Positions 60,784-64,000 of a stretch of 64,000 nt of DNA are shown here, one piece after another. Both the position numbers and the translations under genes were made by a program. Position 1 is the first letter of the stretch. Each line of letters starts with the position of its first letter. Under the pieces are notes generated by a model. The model was not told the DNA's origin and searched no databases. It saw only the letters and a program-made list of their open reading frames with translations. The DNA comes from Cyanophyceae cyanobacterium (lineage in GTDB: Bacteria > Cyanobacteriota > Cyanobacteriia > Cyanobacteriales > JBHJGN01): assembly GCA_050331735.1 (NCBI GenBank), contig JBHJGN010000066.1:10624-74623 (forward strand). The letters are read 5' to 3'.

Positions 60784-61971
60784 TCAAGTGGTCCTCCCAA
60801 TTACCCCTTCCACCAGCCAGTCCATTTTTTCCAGCTCAATATTCTGCTGTTCGTAGGCCTCCCCCGCCGGAATCACCACGTTTCCCTGATTGTCTCTGAG
60901 TTCCCCTTGGTAAATTACCATCGTGCCGTCCATAAACTTGGCTTTTGCCGCTTCAGCATCCTGCTTAGCCTGCTCGCTCACCGCCGGACCGTAGGGCGAT
61001 AGCTTCACAAATCCAGCCTCCAGTCCTCCCCGCACGAGATGAGGAATGCCGCCGTTCATTAAGGTTTTACCCTCGGTCATCATTTGGGCATAGTCGGAAT
61101 AAACCTTCGACCAGTCCCACTCCGCACCCGTTAAATAGCCGTTGGGAGCAAGGGCTGCCTGATTCTCGTGATAGCCAGAGCAAAAAACGCCCCGTCCCTC
61201 TGCCGTTTCCATGACCACTTTCGGGCTATCCACGTGGCAGGTGAGGACGTCTGCGCCCTGGTCGATTAAGCTATTGGAGGCTTCCGCTTCTTTGACAGGC
61301 ATCGCCCAATCTCCGGTAAAGACTACCTGAGTGGTTGCCTGGGGGTTGACGCTCCGCGCTCCTAGAGTAAAGCTATTGATGTTGCGCAACACCTGGGGAA
61401 TGGGCTTAGCGGCTACAAATCCCAGTTTCCCCGTTTTCGATGTATGTCCAGCCACAATTCCGGCAAGATACTGCGCCTCATCGATGTAGCCGAAATAGCT
61501 GCCTACATTGTCTGGATGAACGTCTTCTTGGTAGAGAGCGCCACAGTGGAAGAACTGAACCTCTGGGTATTCCTGGGCCACTTCAAGAATATGGGGGTCA
61601 AAGTAGCCAAAGGAGGTGGGATACAGCACCGTTGCCCGATCGAGGTTGATCATGTTCCGCATACTTTCCTGAACGGCGGCGGTTTCGGGCACGTTGGCTT
61701 CTTCAGTGGCTTCGATCGTCTCTTGCTGGGCAACTCCTTCTTTGCCTTCGGCATGAGCTTGATTGTAGCCGTAGTCGTCTTTCGGACCAACGTAAATAAA
61801 GCCCATCACCAGCGGACCGCCGCCAGCCGCATCGGTTGATGCCTGCTTTCCCTGGCGGCTACATCCGGTTCCCCACTTGAGGGTCGCGCCGAAGGCTCCG
61901 GTGGCGAGAAGACCCCGAACTACTTGTCGGCGAGAAATTCTACTTAAGTAGTGACTAACCTGTTCCTTCAT
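60784..61971 (-). CDS. BMP-family ABC substrate-binding lipoprotein with Tat signal
   Basis: SRRQVV twin-Arg, lipobox-like GTGC, GFIYVGPKDDYGYNQAH, TSFGY. Confidence 0.9.
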   Translation of the reverse strand: MKEQVSHYLSRISRRQVVRGLLATGAFGATLKWGTGCSRQGKQASTDAAGGGPLVMGFIYVGPKDDYGYNQAHAEGKEGVAQQETIEATEEANVPETAAVQESMRNMINLDRATVLYPTSFGYFDPHILEVAQEYPEVQFFHCGALYQEDVHPDNVGSYFGYIDEAQYLAGIVAGHTSKTGKLGFVAAKPIPQVLRNINSFTLGARSVNPQATTQVVFTGDWAMPVKEAEASNSLIDQGADVLTCHVDSPKVVMETAEGRGVFCSGYHENQAALAPNGYLTGAEWDWSKVYSDYAQMMTEGKTLMNGGIPHLVRGGLEAGFVKLSPYGPAVSEQAKQDAEAAKAKFMDGTMVIYQGELRDNQGNVVIPAGEAYEQQNIELEKMDWLVEGVIGRTT

Positions 61972-62177
61972 GTCTGGCTTTAAGCTCAATCTAGTGACGC
62001 GGTACTCGGGTTTAAGCGATTAAAGACTAGGAAAATATATTTCAGCCAGATTTTTTGTTAAAGAAAATACATTTAGGGTCAATTGGGAGCAGCGGTACCT
62101 GGGGGAAGTGCTAGGCGATCGCCCTGAGCATCTAGCTCATTTAAATGAGAGGGTAACAACAGGGTGAGTCTCTCAGG

Positions 62178-62273
62178 CGATAAACATTGTGCTAACTCTG
62201 CATGCTGCTCAGCATCGTATTAGTCAGCTTCTGAATAGTCGGTAAGTGCTTCAGGATGAAAGACATACTTCAT
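62178..62273 (-). pseudogene. ParE/RelE toxin N-terminal remnant
   Basis: MKYVFHPEALTDYSEAD*YDAEQHAELAQ, with in-frame TAA at 62220-62222, then truncated. Confidence 0.6.
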
Positions 62274-62425
62274 TCTTTCAAGCTGAGCATCTGAGTCATT
62301 TAAAAATAGCATGATTGATAAACACCATTTCATTTCTATTCAGCCCTCCTTGCACCAAGCTTGCCACGCTTCCCATTGTTCTACCAGAGAGGGCAAACAG
62401 CCAAGAGCAGTGGTGAGGGAAAATG

Positions 62426-63202
62426 CTAGATACGCTCCAAAATAAACTGTAGCGTTACTCTAGGAGCCTGCGCTAGAGCAGAACGCATTGCTTGCTCATC
62501 GGCAAACGTTTCTGGTAGACGATGACCCTCGCCAACAACAACTACTCTGTCTTGCTTAAAAGGCCAGGGAGAGAGAGTAAAGCGCTTTGAATCGCCGTCC
62601 GCTTTCAGCTTAAGAGTTGTTGTCCCTTGAGCTGCGGGGGCTTCAATTAACTGTTCTGTCTCTATGCCCATACACATAGCCAGCGAAAGACGGTCTAACG
62701 CCCTGACCAACTGCTGATTGCGGGTCACGGTTTCTGAGGTTGTGTAAGGAGCATAGTGCGGGTCATGACGGAGACAAGTTAACCGTTCCTCCTGAAAGCG
62801 CTGCTGTTGAGCGATAAAGTCTTGGATTAGGCGAGCCTCATCAGGTGAAGCTTGACGATGATGACTGCTGTAAAGACTAACGCCGTGGAGCGACACTAAT
62901 AGTGCGGGGTAATTGCCAAACGAGAGGGCAAGCTGGACACCCCGCGTCCACAAATTAGTATGGGTTGCGACCGGGACTTCAAAAAAGTTGTGGGGACGAC
63001 CAATGTGAGCGTTGAGTGTCGGTGATTCTTCCCACAGGAGCCAGCCAATGTCGTGTTGTTCTGCCCCCAGACAAACCTCTGCCCAGGGTTCAAAATGACC
63101 AAAATCCTCGTTTCCCCAAACTCGTGCCATCTGACCAGACATCCAAGCATGGGACGGTTGTTTAACAACGATGAGTCCTTCTGAATCTTCGCGGTGCATC
63201 AT
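62426..63202 (-). CDS. DUF3891 family protein
   Basis: QPSHAWMSGQMA, HDIGW, ALLVSLH, DRLSL..C, PWPF. Confidence 0.8.
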   Translation of the reverse strand: MMHREDSEGLIVVKQPSHAWMSGQMARVWGNEDFGHFEPWAEVCLGAEQHDIGWLLWEESPTLNAHIGRPHNFFEVPVATHTNLWTRGVQLALSFGNYPALLVSLHGVSLYSSHHRQASPDEARLIQDFIAQQQRFQEERLTCLRHDPHYAPYTTSETVTRNQQLVRALDRLSLAMCMGIETEQLIEAPAAQGTTTLKLKADGDSKRFTLSPWPFKQDRVVVVGEGHRLPETFADEQAMRSALAQAPRVTLQFILERI

Positions 63203-63217
63203 CTTCTTGTCTTTCGT

Positions 63218-64000
63218 TCAACTTTGAGATAGACGCATCCACATGGGGAGCTGACGCTCTCCACCGCCCTCAATCCGTTCTAGGGCGGCATTCATTTCTA
63301 GACGGACATCAAACTCTTGTTCTCGCTCAATGGCCCTCTGGAGGACTTCAATGGCGGTTTCATCTCCCGCCTCAGTGAGGAAGCGAGCCGCTCGCCAGCG
63401 CACAAGTTTGGAAGAATCCTCTAGGGCTAGACACATCGTCGGAATCGCTCGCTTGTCTCCTAAATCGCTGAGAGCATCTCCAGCGGTACGGCGCACAATC
63501 ACAGAACGATCGTTGAGGACGGCTTCGCTCAGAGGGTTAATCGCTTCTGGACGTTCACTGGTTCCGAGCAGCGCCGCTGCCCAGCGCCGAATGGCGGCTT
63601 TTTCGTCATTGAGGAGAGTTTCCACAAGCACTGGAAAAGTCTCGGCATTAACTTCTAGTTGCTGAATCGCCCTGAGCCGGGTTCGCCAATCAATACTGCT
63701 CAGTTGCGCTAAGCTTTCTGTTGACTGCTTTTCTGGTGTCTTTGAGTCTGGATGAGGGGTGTCAACGGCTGCTTGAACTAAGTGCGATAGTTCTTTGTCA
63801 TCAATGAGACTCGCAACTTCCTCCGCTACCATCTGTGCGACTTCTTCTGGGTGTCCGTGACGGGGAGGGTAAGGCTGCCAGTGTCTTTCTTGAACAAAAT
63901 TGGCTCCTGTCTTGTGCAGGACTTGTTGCAACGCTTCGTTAAAGCGATCGCCTACACTGACTCTTGCCTGAGATTCTGCCCCAAGAACTCTGACCTGAAC
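63218..64000 (-). CDS. HEAT-repeat protein, CvfC/YpgR-like (5' part outside the window)
   Basis: Frame is open to 64000 (VQVRVLGAESQARV...). VRRTAGDALSDLG, DSSKLVRWRAARFL, EFDVRLE, PMW. Confidence 0.8.
   Translation of the reverse strand, partial: VQVRVLGAESQARVSVGDRFNEALQQVLHKTGANFVQERHWQPYPPRHGHPEEVAQMVAEEVASLIDDKELSHLVQAAVDTPHPDSKTPEKQSTESLAQLSSIDWRTRLRAIQQLEVNAETFPVLVETLLNDEKAAIRRWAAALLGTSERPEAINPLSEAVLNDRSVIVRRTAGDALSDLGDKRAIPTMCLALEDSSKLVRWRAARFLTEAGDETAIEVLQRAIEREQEFDVRLEMNAALERIEGGGERQLPMWMRLSQS

Overview
Chromosomal window from a cyanobacterium (psaD, Hik2-type kinase, abundant HIP1 GCGATCGC, NtcA and RpaB/HLR1 boxes, heptameric intergenic repeats). No rRNA, tRNA, transposase or CRISPR array was seen. 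Housekeeping genes include gpsA, glpK, malic enzyme, trpE, psaD, a 2-Cys peroxiredoxin with a probable 6S RNA upstream, degenerate sucCD, pdxA, ppk2 and zur. The main accessory features are: (1) an AT-rich PvuII-type restriction-modification cassette whose endonuclease is fused to a controller HTH, has Asn at the catalytic Asp58 position, and is flanked by three copies of a 21-bp quasi-palindromic operator, while CAGCTG appears absent from the window by manual scan; (2) a DUF4388-GTPase-roadblock-V4R(pseudogene) signalling module; (3) a Rieske demethylase plus sarcosine-oxidase-like pair; (4) a 956-aa PlsY/dikinase fusion; (5) a GNAT gene followed by an attC-like site; (6) an 18-kb purine/amide nitrogen-scavenging region (puuE, mocA, xdhC, xdh, NCS2, adenine deaminase, formamidase, an ABC system without ATPase) interrupted by a retropepsin two-gene module. 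Several pseudogenes and remnants are present. All family calls come from motif recognition by eye, without database searches.
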